A stretch of 64,000 nucleotides of DNA from Paramoeba atlantica (Eukaryota; Protista; Discosea). The position numbers and the translations under genes are program-made. This document shows positions 43,108-52,606 of the stretch, piece by piece. The number at the start of each line of letters is the position of its first letter. The stretch's first letter is position 1. The notes under the pieces were generated by a model that did no database searches, was not told the DNA's origin, and was given only the letters and a program-made list of their open reading frames with translations. The stretch is taken from the NCBI GenBank assembly GCA_977017575.1, contig CDRNVI010000040.1, positions 620,001-684,000 of the forward strand, written 5' to 3'.

Positions 43108-43463
43108 CACAAGTTAACACTTGGAATTATTGGAATCAATTTTTGTAAAAGTCTTTTTGTAAGCGCGCAGATAATCATAAAATGTAAGGCCGTCGTGCAG
43201 GGCTGGTGGCCCAGCCACAAGGGGCGAAATAATCTGCGTCAGGGTATGACAAAAAAAGTCATTCGTTTCATTTACACACGTATGAGTGAATTAATTTAAT
43301 GACTGGTCAAGCTGGTTTTGCTTCTACAAGTATGTTAGCATAACATTACGAAACATGGTGCAAACGAAAACCTGAAATGTTTTCATGTTTGTATAAAACT
43401 AATTTTCTTTTCTAATTTTTGAAAGCAACTGCAATCTTTTCTTCTTGAGCACATCCTCTCACA

Positions 43464-46400
43464 ATGAATCCTTATCCTTACCCGTATCCATCCAATCCAT
43501 TGCCTTCTCCGTCTGGTCAGACCAATGATCCTTCTCTACGGACACAGCAATCACCTCCACAGGAACAGCATCCTTCTACATACGGCTATCCACCTGTGCA
43601 CGCAGCCTTGCCTTCCTACCCGACCGGGACCGTCCCATACCCTGTGGCTCCCACGCCTCCCTCATATGGAATGCATGATCCCTCGCTTTCACAAAATAAC
43701 CCGGCTACCCACCAGTCCTCCATCCCTGGGTCGCTTGCACCGTCGCACGCACCCCTTCTCATGGCTCAAACCACCAAGCCGTTCCCACCACAAAATCCTT
43801 CCCTCGGAGTGCATCCTCCCGCTGGCCTGACGCAATCCATACCACAGCCCTCATTGCCGAATTTACCTACTCAGGCAAGGGCTGCTTTTCCAAACCTATC
43901 GCAATGTTCCGGTTCGAATCTGTCTCCGCCTCCGCCTGGGCCGACTGCCACTTTTCCGGGATCCATATCCGCTCCTTCTGCGGCGAATAACTTACAACAG
44001 CCCTATCCTACACCGATGCAACCATCGATGGCTCGAACTGTGGAGGCTACACAGTATTTCGGAGAAAGCGCGCCACAACCGACGTCTATTCCCCAGCCTG
44101 TTGCTACCCCTGGGGGCGTCGCACGCCCTTCTGGGGAAGTCTTGGCTCAACCATCAATCGCACAATCGACAGGTTTGTTTTCCTATCCCTCCGGGACAAC
44201 GTATCCTACTGCGATGGCTTCCATAACTCCTGTACCGTCTTCGGGATATTCTACCCCAAATGTCGCGCCACCAGCTCCGGGACACACTTTCGTTCAGCAA
44301 GCACAGCCCAATACTGCTGGCTTTGCTTCACAGCCATCCGTCTCTACAGTCCCTCCACAACCAACGGTACGTACGAACATTGGGGTACCTGAAACTACAG
44401 TTCAAAAACTGGCACCGTCTCAAGATCCCTTTTCGACTCTTTCTTCCTATTCAAAGCCTATAACCCAGCCCCAGGCACCATCTACGGGCATTGAACACTT
44501 GTTTGGTGACGTCCAACTTTCTCCGAAAGTACCCAGTACTCGACAAGTGGATTCAACGACCAAAGCATTCCAATCGGGAAGAACTCCTGACACGTCGTTT
44601 GAATCAGCGCCAGATTTAGTTTTTAAGGCCCCCACTTCTGCGACTGAATTTCCGAAACACGAAACGGCACACTTCGTGGAACCCAAGTCAAAGATAATCG
44701 AGTCACCCAATAAAAATAAGATGGATCATCTTTTCTTTGCTTCTGAATCCGCTTCCTTGTCCGCAGGGCCTTCTGCTATCCGTAGTCATCAATTGCATAG
44801 ACCTCCTGACCCACAGAAACATAGCATAGGAGAGTCACCGAAAGCTTCTGGAGATGGCATGGCTTCTGTTGGGCCTAATTCCTTACCTTTGGTTTCAAAA
44901 TCTGATCAGTCACCCAGTATTGTGCCTCCATTAAGTTTCGATCACACAGCCTCCATTTCCAGTACAATTCGTTCTGAAACTTCAGCTGAATTTTGGTCGG
45001 ATGATTTCGCGCCTAAGACAAAGGATGCGTCAAGCACAACCCCACTGTCTTCTCTTTATAGTATCCCAGGTGTCGATAAATTCAAGTTGGAGAACGGTTC
45101 ATTGGTAACTTCCGGTGCCGAAGCTCGATTGAGTGATTTTTTGTCCGGCTTAAAAAAGGTAATTAATAGTCCTGAAAGAGCAGACGCTCCCTCATCCACC
45201 ATGAAATCTTCAGAAGACGCTTCCACTGCATACTTAGCGGCGCGTACGTCCTCCACTCCTGATCGTGTCCGAGATGCATTATCATCGGACGAACCGGAGA
45301 AAAGGGCTCAAGGACCTGTAGGAACTGAGTTCCAGAACCACACGGGCGCTTCGGGATCTCAGGATATCTTCCAAACTTTGAATCCCACATTTGCAGCATT
45401 ACCAACCTCTCAACAAAATACAACTCCATTGAACGTGACATCCAAGCCTATGACACTTCCTGTTCAAACGTTCTCGACTACCCCAGTGAGCACATCACAG
45501 CCTAGCTCGAAAATTGGTTCCTCTACGCATAACTCTTTGGCAAATACCCCTGTGGCATCTCCGCTGGAAAGCACGTCCTACCTGAATAATCAATCTCACC
45601 AAGTGGCGAATACACTCTCCAGGCACACAATGGAACGTGAATCAACCTATCCCAGCATCGCACATGTTGGGTATCCCAATATTACACACCCTCCTGTGCA
45701 CCAAATCGCCTCTCCCGGTGGCGCGTCAGGTCTCACCACACCCCAAAATCTTACGCCCGCATCTGCTCCGTTCCAAGCAACCCCACAAGTCGATCTGCCA
45801 CAGACTACACCCTCGTGGCAGACGTCTGCTCCAACAGGTACACATTTCAGCGCACCACCGCAAATCTCAGCCTCAACGAACACCCCGTCCTTCTCTAATT
45901 TGTCCCAACCCACTCCCTCCATCACCGCACACCCACCCCACCCCATGCCACCTTCCCACCAGCCCGACACCCCGATCCCCCAACCCCACCCCACAACCCA
46001 TCAACCCTACCCCAATCCCCCAACCCCACAATACCCCCCCGAGATCCTGTCCTCCCTTCCCCCCAACGCCCCCCTTCCCTCCTCTTCTCCTTCTTCCACC
46101 TCTGCCCTCCCCACCTCCCCCACCTCCCGCCCCCCCTCCACCTCCCGCCGTATCGACCCCACCCAAGTCCCCAACCCCTCCCGGGACCTCCTCCCCAGCA
46201 ACGGCACCCGTGCGTTCTACCGCACCGCCGCCGCCGACACCCTCCCCCCCCCTGCCGGCTCCTCCTCCCTCACCCAGGACGACGGCAACGCCAGCCCCCG
46301 CTACGTGCGCCTCTCCTGCTACCGCGCCCCGCTCGAGCGCAAAGCCCTCGAGGGCGCCCAGCTCCCCTGGGCTGCCGTACTCACCCCGCTGGCACCCCCG

Positions 46401-48623
46401 GGCCCCGGAGAGGGCCCCGTGCCCGTCGTGCTCCCGGTCCCCGGGCACGGCCCCGTGCGCTGCCGACGCTGCCGGGCCTACGTCTCCTGCCACAGCACGT
46501 TCACCGAGCAAGGCCGGAGGTGGGGGTGCACGTACTGTCGCATTGACAACGAGGTCCCGCAAGGGTATGGGTGCGGGCTGGACCCCGCGACGGGGCGACG
46601 GATGGACTACGGCACCCGGGCCGAGCTCACGGTCGGGAGTGTGGAGTATAATGTCGAGGGGTTGTCGGATTATGCCCTGCGGCGTGGGCAGAGTGAGGGG
46701 GTGGTGGGAGTGGGGAAGACGGCCCCGGCGGCGACCTACCCGCTTCATGTGGTGTTTGTGTTGGATATTTCGTGTGGGGTGGGTGATGCAACGTCCGGGT
46801 ATCTTGGCGCAATGGTTGAGGCATTGACACAGGCGCTTCGTGTGGCGGCGCAAACCAGTCCGGAGGTTTATGTGGGGTTTGTCACATTCGCATCGAGCGT
46901 TCATTTCTATGACTTTCGAGTCATGCGAACTGATGCCACGTCCCGACGTGCGGCGCAAGTTTGCATGAATGAGCCAGACAACCCGTTTGTCCCTCTTCCG
47001 TTCAATCAGCTTTGTTGGCTCTCATTGGAGCGTGAAATTGACGTGGCACTTCGTTTTGTTCAAGATTTACCAGTCTATGCCGCTCACTGTACTGAACGGG
47101 GTTCTGCTCTGGGCGCAGCAGTGCGATGTGCACAACTCATATTGCATGACACAGGAGGTCGGGTAATCGTTTCCACTACTCAGGGATGTCACACTGGACT
47201 TGGTGCCCTGAAACCTCGGGAAGAAAACAAACTCATCGGTGTTAATAATGATCGCGAGGCCTTCCTTCCTCGTGAAGGTTTTTGGACCACCATTGCGACA
47301 GAAGCTGCAAAACGGCAAATATCCTTCGACTGGATCAATTTTTCGTCAAGCTTTGTGGAACTTCCCACACTGTCCCAACTCTCTCATCTCTCCTCTGGTA
47401 ACATTTTGGAAATGTCGCACTTCGTTCCCAGTCGAGATAGCTCACGATTGAAGCATGAACTTACTGAAATACTTGCCCAGCCCTCGGCGCATGGTGCGAT
47501 CCTACGCGTACGAGTGTCCAACGGGACCCGTGTGGCAAGCTACAGTGGACACTACCTCTCCCAGGACGCCAAAGACATGGACCTCGCGGCGCTGTATCCG
47601 AACCAAAGTTTTCTTGTTGAATTCGAGCACGAGGGACGCCTTGAGTCGCCAACAGAGTGGTACCTTCAAGCCGCGCTGCTTTACACCACACCGCGAGGGG
47701 ACCGACGGCTGCGCGTGCATTCTCTTCGCGTCCCCGTCGTGGCACAAATTCCTGAGCTGTTTAAAGGGTGTGACTTGGAGGCCACCTTGGCATGTTACCT
47801 TCACCGCTCCCTGCGAGCCGTAGTTGCAAAGGGTCTAACAAAGGCACGCGAGGCTATGAATCAGCAAGTGACGGAGATGTTATTTTCCTACCGCCGTTAT
47901 TGTTCCTCCAGTCAGCACGCCGGGCAGCTCATCCTCCCTGAAAATCTAAAACTTCTTCCCCTCTTTCTATACCTTAGTTTGAAAACCTTTGCTCTTCGGC
48001 AACCTTCACAAACAGATGTGCGAGTGGACGACCGTGCACGCGATTTACACCGACTTCTCGCTCTTCCTCCCTCCCAGCTTCTTCTCTACCTCTATCCTCG
48101 AACGTACGACTTGACGAATTTGTTGAGCACTCCCTCCGTAGGCACGTTTCCGCTGCTATCCTCTCCCGACTTTGCGGACAATTCCGTACCACCTTCCCCT
48201 TTTGCGAACTGTGTCATGCCCCCGTGGACGCAACTCTACGCGGAGCGAATTCGCAGCGATGGGGTTTATCTGTGTGACGACTTGGCGTTTGGGAAGACCT
48301 ATTTGTGGGTGGGAAATCAGGTCACATCGGAATGTTTACAACAGCTGTTTGGAATTTCGGTGCTTCCCTCCTCAGAGACAATTACCGACGCATGGATGCT
48401 TCGCGAGGAGGTGAATCCTCGGCTTCGTGCCGTGTGGAATGAAATCCGAGCCACCCGTGGTAACATATTGCCCCGATTAGAGTTAATCCGGGAGGGTGTA
48501 GATTCGCTGGAGTCCTTGTGGTGGCAACGCATGGTGGAAGATCGCAACTGTGGAGAGACTTCTTATGTGGATTTTCTATGTCTTCTTCATGCCACTATTC
48601 GAGAGAAAATGATTATGGCTTAG
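43464..48623 (+). CDS. SEC24: COPII coat subunit Sec24 with a very long Pro/Ser/Thr-rich N-terminus
   Basis: DDGNASPRYVR, PVRCRRCRAY..WGCTYC zinc finger, RAELTVGSVEY, VFVLDIS vWA trunk, LLYTTPRGDRRLRVH, QLILPENLKLLPL, gelsolin-like end. Confidence 0.93.
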   Translation: MNPYPYPYPSNPLPSPSGQTNDPSLRTQQSPPQEQHPSTYGYPPVHAALPSYPTGTVPYPVAPTPPSYGMHDPSLSQNNPATHQSSIPGSLAPSHAPLLMAQTTKPFPPQNPSLGVHPPAGLTQSIPQPSLPNLPTQARAAFPNLSQCSGSNLSPPPPGPTATFPGSISAPSAANNLQQPYPTPMQPSMARTVEATQYFGESAPQPTSIPQPVATPGGVARPSGEVLAQPSIAQSTGLFSYPSGTTYPTAMASITPVPSSGYSTPNVAPPAPGHTFVQQAQPNTAGFASQPSVSTVPPQPTVRTNIGVPETTVQKLAPSQDPFSTLSSYSKPITQPQAPSTGIEHLFGDVQLSPKVPSTRQVDSTTKAFQSGRTPDTSFESAPDLVFKAPTSATEFPKHETAHFVEPKSKIIESPNKNKMDHLFFASESASLSAGPSAIRSHQLHRPPDPQKHSIGESPKASGDGMASVGPNSLPLVSKSDQSPSIVPPLSFDHTASISSTIRSETSAEFWSDDFAPKTKDASSTTPLSSLYSIPGVDKFKLENGSLVTSGAEARLSDFLSGLKKVINSPERADAPSSTMKSSEDASTAYLAARTSSTPDRVRDALSSDEPEKRAQGPVGTEFQNHTGASGSQDIFQTLNPTFAALPTSQQNTTPLNVTSKPMTLPVQTFSTTPVSTSQPSSKIGSSTHNSLANTPVASPLESTSYLNNQSHQVANTLSRHTMERESTYPSIAHVGYPNITHPPVHQIASPGGASGLTTPQNLTPASAPFQATPQVDLPQTTPSWQTSAPTGTHFSAPPQISASTNTPSFSNLSQPTPSITAHPPHPMPPSHQPDTPIPQPHPTTHQPYPNPPTPQYPPEILSSLPPNAPLPSSSPSSTSALPTSPTSRPPSTSRRIDPTQVPNPSRDLLPSNGTRAFYRTAAADTLPPPAGSSSLTQDDGNASPRYVRLSCYRAPLERKALEGAQLPWAAVLTPLAPPGPGEGPVPVVLPVPGHGPVRCRRCRAYVSCHSTFTEQGRRWGCTYCRIDNEVPQGYGCGLDPATGRRMDYGTRAELTVGSVEYNVEGLSDYALRRGQSEGVVGVGKTAPAATYPLHVVFVLDISCGVGDATSGYLGAMVEALTQALRVAAQTSPEVYVGFVTFASSVHFYDFRVMRTDATSRRAAQVCMNEPDNPFVPLPFNQLCWLSLEREIDVALRFVQDLPVYAAHCTERGSALGAAVRCAQLILHDTGGRVIVSTTQGCHTGLGALKPREENKLIGVNNDREAFLPREGFWTTIATEAAKRQISFDWINFSSSFVELPTLSQLSHLSSGNILEMSHFVPSRDSSRLKHELTEILAQPSAHGAILRVRVSNGTRVASYSGHYLSQDAKDMDLAALYPNQSFLVEFEHEGRLESPTEWYLQAALLYTTPRGDRRLRVHSLRVPVVAQIPELFKGCDLEATLACYLHRSLRAVVAKGLTKAREAMNQQVTEMLFSYRRYCSSSQHAGQLILPENLKLLPLFLYLSLKTFALRQPSQTDVRVDDRARDLHRLLALPPSQLLLYLYPRTYDLTNLLSTPSVGTFPLLSSPDFADNSVPPSPFANCVMPPWTQLYAERIRSDGVYLCDDLAFGKTYLWVGNQVTSECLQQLFGISVLPSSETITDAWMLREEVNPRLRAVWNEIRATRGNILPRLELIREGVDSLESLWWQRMVEDRNCGETSYVDFLCLLHATIREKMIMA
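45860..46800. other. Skew-inversion island 4, inside Sec24
   Basis: C-rich ~45860-46480, G/T-rich ~46510-46800; the switch falls inside the conserved zinc-finger coding region. Confidence 0.88.
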
Positions 48624-49024
48624 AGAAGTCAGAATAGAAGCGAATGCGTTTCAAAGGAACTTGCAGAGTTGTTTTATACGAAATAATACGACATGAGTAA
48701 ATATTTGTATTCCATTGCGTCTTTCACTGTACGTAGATTGCTATTTGCTTCAACATTTTAGTTCAACTAAAACATAAATATAGATTAGGGCGAAAAACAT
48801 GTGATTTCATAAATGGGTTTCATACACAAGTCATTTTTCTCAATATTTTTTGCGAAAACATTATCTTAAGAGATCGCAAATTGCAACGTGTAGATCTTGT
48901 GCGCGACCTACTTAGCTTATTTTTTAGAACCAACTGTAAAGACTCCTTTTCATATTTCGTACTCCTTGCGCTATGCTTATCTCTCACCACCCAACACGCA
49001 TGTGGTAACTTTCCTCACCACGTC

Positions 49025-50359
49025 ATGGACGACATTTCACTCCTACATCGCATTCCCCTGCAAGCACGCAACGTGAACCAAGACTTCCCTCTCGACTCCC
49101 TTTCCCACACCCCTATGTGTGAGATGGCCGCCTTGTGTGAGATGGCCGACGGCTCTCCGGAACATCACGACGGTAGCACCCCTTTCGGCCCTCGTCCCTC
49201 CTTTACCTCCTCCCCCCTCGCCGTACCCCCCACCCCCTGCCACCCTCTACGATCCCTCTCCTCCACCTCTCTCCCAAGTCTCCCCCCAACCCGACTCGAC
49301 ACCTTTCCCTCCGAAATCCCCACCTCCTCCTCCTCCTCCTCCCTCTCCCCCTACCACTCCCCCCTACCCGACCGTTCCACACACCTCACTCTCCCTTCCC
49401 ATTCCCTACCCCCCACCACCACCACCGACCTCTCCCCTCCCTTCCTCCACAACCTCCACGCCCCCACCTCCCCCACCCCCACAACCCACACCAACAACCC
49501 CCACACCACAGTACTCCCTCATCCCCACACAACCTCTACGACCACCACCACCACCACCACAACCCCCTACCCCCTCTCTACCCCTACCCCCTCCACGCTC
49601 TACCCCCACGGCCACCCCCCCCTCCACGCGACCCCCGTGTCTCACCCCCGTCCCCCGGTCTACCCCACCACCGCGACCACCACCGCGACTCCCCCCGACC
49701 ACGCCCTCTCCTCCTGCGTCACCCCCGTCCCCCTCACCCGGCAGCACGGCGACCTGGTCCGTCGCCTGGCCGCGGAGCTCGACGTGGGCTCCGCCCTGCG
49801 CCGCACCCTGCGCCCCCCGGTGATCCGCCCCGTCACCCCGTTCCTGTGCCTCAGCGGGGAGGAGGCTGCGCTGTGTGGGGCGCAGCTCACCGCGCACGGC
49901 ATCTCCCACGTGGTGAATGTCGCCGCGGGGGACACCAGCGCGCTCGGGGGGCGGGCGGTGTACCCCGCGCTGGGGATCGCCTACCGTGGGGTGCACACGC
50001 TGGATGACGGGGAGTACCCGATCCTGGTGTACCACTACGACGGGTTTGCGGGGTTGGTGGATGAGGTCAGGGCGGGGGGAGGGGGGGAGGGGGGGGAGGG
50101 GGGGAATCCTGGGGTGGTGTTGGTGCATTGTCTTGGAGGGGTGAACCGGAGTGCGATTCTGTGTGTGGCGTATCTGGTGGAGCGGTGTGGGGTGGATTTA
50201 GTGACGGCGTGCCGGTGGGTACGGGGGAGTAACGGGTCGGATTATATTTTAGAGAATGTGGGGTTTCGGTTGCAGCTGGTGGAGTTTTGTACGGCGAGGT
50301 GTCCCGCGGCGCTGCAGTTCTCTCCTTCTCATGGAGAGGGGACACACCCGTCGTCATGA
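49025..50359 (+). CDS. Dual-specificity protein phosphatase
   Basis: HGISHVVNVA, D-loop TLDD, VLVHCLGGVNRSAILCVAYLV, NVGFRLQL. ATG taken at 49025. Confidence 0.9.
   Translation: MDDISLLHRIPLQARNVNQDFPLDSLSHTPMCEMAALCEMADGSPEHHDGSTPFGPRPSFTSSPLAVPPTPCHPLRSLSSTSLPSLPPTRLDTFPSEIPTSSSSSSLSPYHSPLPDRSTHLTLPSHSLPPTTTTDLSPPFLHNLHAPTSPTPTTHTNNPHTTVLPHPHTTSTTTTTTTTTPYPLSTPTPSTLYPHGHPPLHATPVSHPRPPVYPTTATTTATPPDHALSSCVTPVPLTRQHGDLVRRLAAELDVGSALRRTLRPPVIRPVTPFLCLSGEEAALCGAQLTAHGISHVVNVAAGDTSALGGRAVYPALGIAYRGVHTLDDGEYPILVYHYDGFAGLVDEVRAGGGGEGGEGGNPGVVLVHCLGGVNRSAILCVAYLVERCGVDLVTACRWVRGSNGSDYILENVGFRLQLVEFCTARCPAALQFSPSHGEGTHPSS
49090..50290. other. Skew-inversion island 5, spanning most of the DSP gene
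   Basis: C/A-rich ~49090-49840, G/T-rich ~49920-50290. Confidence 0.9.
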
Positions 50360-50669
50360 GTCTTTTGTCCGTTCTTGAGTAGAATAATACAAATTAGACA
50401 TGCAATCATCACGCATATCGCTGTGTTGGCCGTGAAGGCTGGTTGACGGCACACAGGGCTAGATGATAGTTGGGCCTTAGATGGCGTGTTTTTCGACACC
50501 CTTTTCGTAACATAACCTTAAGAAGAGAATTGCGCTTATGGTAGAAAGTAAGTTTGCTTACTGTTAATTTTATCATTTTAGGTGGACATCCAGTATCCTA
50601 GTTTTATTTCCTAAAGGGTTTGTAGTTTTTTTTCTTTTTATTGTTCCATTTATCAATGTTCTGACTCGA

Positions 50670-51446
50670 ATGAGCATGGAAACCTTCAATTCCGGGGAAT
50701 CAAGCGTCTCATCTATAAATGGCACGGATGCTTTGCACCCGGTACCTGAAATGGACAATACCACGTCATTGAACGAGCATAAAGCACCTCTTCCTGAACG
50801 TGCTACCCAGACATCGGAGCCCAGTTCGCAGTCGGCTCCTCCAAAAGTGAAAGATTTAGAAGTTGCAGCTGAGCCAAATCTTTCTGACAAGTCGTTGAAA
50901 TCTGGTGATCTTATTGAGTCGAAAGAATCTGATGTCAATTCTTCGAACATGAAGGCCAGGGAGAATATTATCCATATTCCCTCCCCAGCGCCTTCCCTGG
51001 GCGATAATGCTCGTTCTACAAATCCGCCGGGCTTTGAGATGCCACCGAACGCTTCCGTCCCCGGTACGAAAACGGTCGGAAGCAAATTACTTCAAGGGCT
51101 TGCAAAACTTGCAGCAGAGCGATCTAAAAAATCATCAGAAGACCTGATTGGTAAAAACGTTTCCACAGAATCCGAGCCTGATGTCTCTGTAGGTACACCG
51201 GGGGAAGTGCTTCCAGAGGGAGGTGAAACTTCAAACTATATTTCTGTATCAAAGCCATCTGCAGGAGTACTGCCCCCGCAAGAAGCTCATACGTCCTCAT
51301 ACGAAGACTACAAACGGAAAACAGCGAACGAGTGCGCACTCCGTCTAATTGATTTGCAGGAAAAGAACATAGGTGACTTAGAATTTCGTCTGCGCATGTG
51401 CAAATGGATCCTCCACCCACGCAAACGTCCATCACCTGGATTTTGA
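50670..51446 (+). CDS. Hypothetical protein, disordered, with a short C-terminal coiled coil
   Basis: 258-aa co-oriented ORF; no motif recognised. Confidence 0.55.
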   Translation: MSMETFNSGESSVSSINGTDALHPVPEMDNTTSLNEHKAPLPERATQTSEPSSQSAPPKVKDLEVAAEPNLSDKSLKSGDLIESKESDVNSSNMKARENIIHIPSPAPSLGDNARSTNPPGFEMPPNASVPGTKTVGSKLLQGLAKLAAERSKKSSEDLIGKNVSTESEPDVSVGTPGEVLPEGGETSNYISVSKPSAGVLPPQEAHTSSYEDYKRKTANECALRLIDLQEKNIGDLEFRLRMCKWILHPRKRPSPGF

Positions 51447-51599
51447 TATGGGATATTTTTTCTTAAATACTAATAATTCTTCTTATCGATAATGAAACTA
51501 TAATGAAATGTCAAGGAACGAGAAAAGACCTCTCCAAACTTTTTTTAAAAATTTTTTAGTGGATTTTCTTCTTTTCTTCTGTTGGTTCTATGTGTCCTA

Positions 51600-52337
51600 A
51601 TGAACTCAAGTGCACTTTCTGTGAGTCGTCGTGGAAAGGTTCGTCCTTTTTTATTGTCAGCAGAGGGCCAACTAGAGAATTTTGTTGCCAACATTCGCAA
51701 TACCCCTTCTAACTGGAGATTACCCTCGCGTCAGTGGTGGGGAAAGTCGAAAGCTGCTTCCATATGTGCTTGGCAAGGGATATACTGCAATTCTGCTCAT
51801 CAGATTACCTCCATTGAATGGGATGGTTTGTTTCTGACTGGAAATATTAGTTGGGCGTACATACCGCAGTCGCTTGAAACGCTTTGTGTCTCGTACAACA
51901 ATCTTTCAGGTAGCTTGGAAATTCCTTTTTTTCCTCCTTCTTTACGAAGTCTGCGTGGGAGCTATAATCGGTTCACGCATGGGATTGATCTTGCTGCGCT
52001 TCCAGAGGGTCACACATTATTCTGGGCTTCCCGAAATTCTCTTTCCGGAACACTCGATTTAACGTCGCTTCCTCCAGTTCTGGGGCAACTCAACTTATGT
52101 ACTAACAAATTTTATGGGAATATCGAGCTCGCTCATCTTCCTCGAGTGGTCTGCTTTATAAATTTGTCAGAAAATCAACTTTCTGGTAATGTAGACCTCA
52201 CAGAGCTTATGTGTAATCCAGATGTGCGCGTCGATCTGCGGAAAAATGCTTTTTCAGGCTACTCGCCAGAGTTCAGGCCTCAAAACGTATTCCTTTCTAA
52301 AATTGGAATTGAAAAAGATGACAAGCTAACTTACTAA
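51600..52337 (+). CDS. Leucine-rich repeat protein (lineage-expanded family)
   Basis: WQGIYCN N-cap; LxxLxxSxNxLSGxLxxxxLP repeats. Confidence 0.88.
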   Translation: MNSSALSVSRRGKVRPFLLSAEGQLENFVANIRNTPSNWRLPSRQWWGKSKAASICAWQGIYCNSAHQITSIEWDGLFLTGNISWAYIPQSLETLCVSYNNLSGSLEIPFFPPSLRSLRGSYNRFTHGIDLAALPEGHTLFWASRNSLSGTLDLTSLPPVLGQLNLCTNKFYGNIELAHLPRVVCFINLSENQLSGNVDLTELMCNPDVRVDLRKNAFSGYSPEFRPQNVFLSKIGIEKDDKLTY

Positions 52338-52606
52338 AAGGTTAAGATTTGTCTTTGGCACTTAATGGGCAAAATTGCGAAAGGAAATAAAATTATTGAA
52401 AATACTCCTGTGTACGCAGCGCTACTTTAGACACCTTCGTAATTCAAAGTCATCTAGGACAAAGACAATACCCGGTATGTTTTTAAAAAAATCAAAGACA
52501 TCCGGTATGTCTATTAGTATCCTTGATAAGCCATACTTAGTTTCATATTAAAATATACAAATATTGGTCAAACATAGATTTTTTATTGATATTCACAAGG
52601 AAAGTC

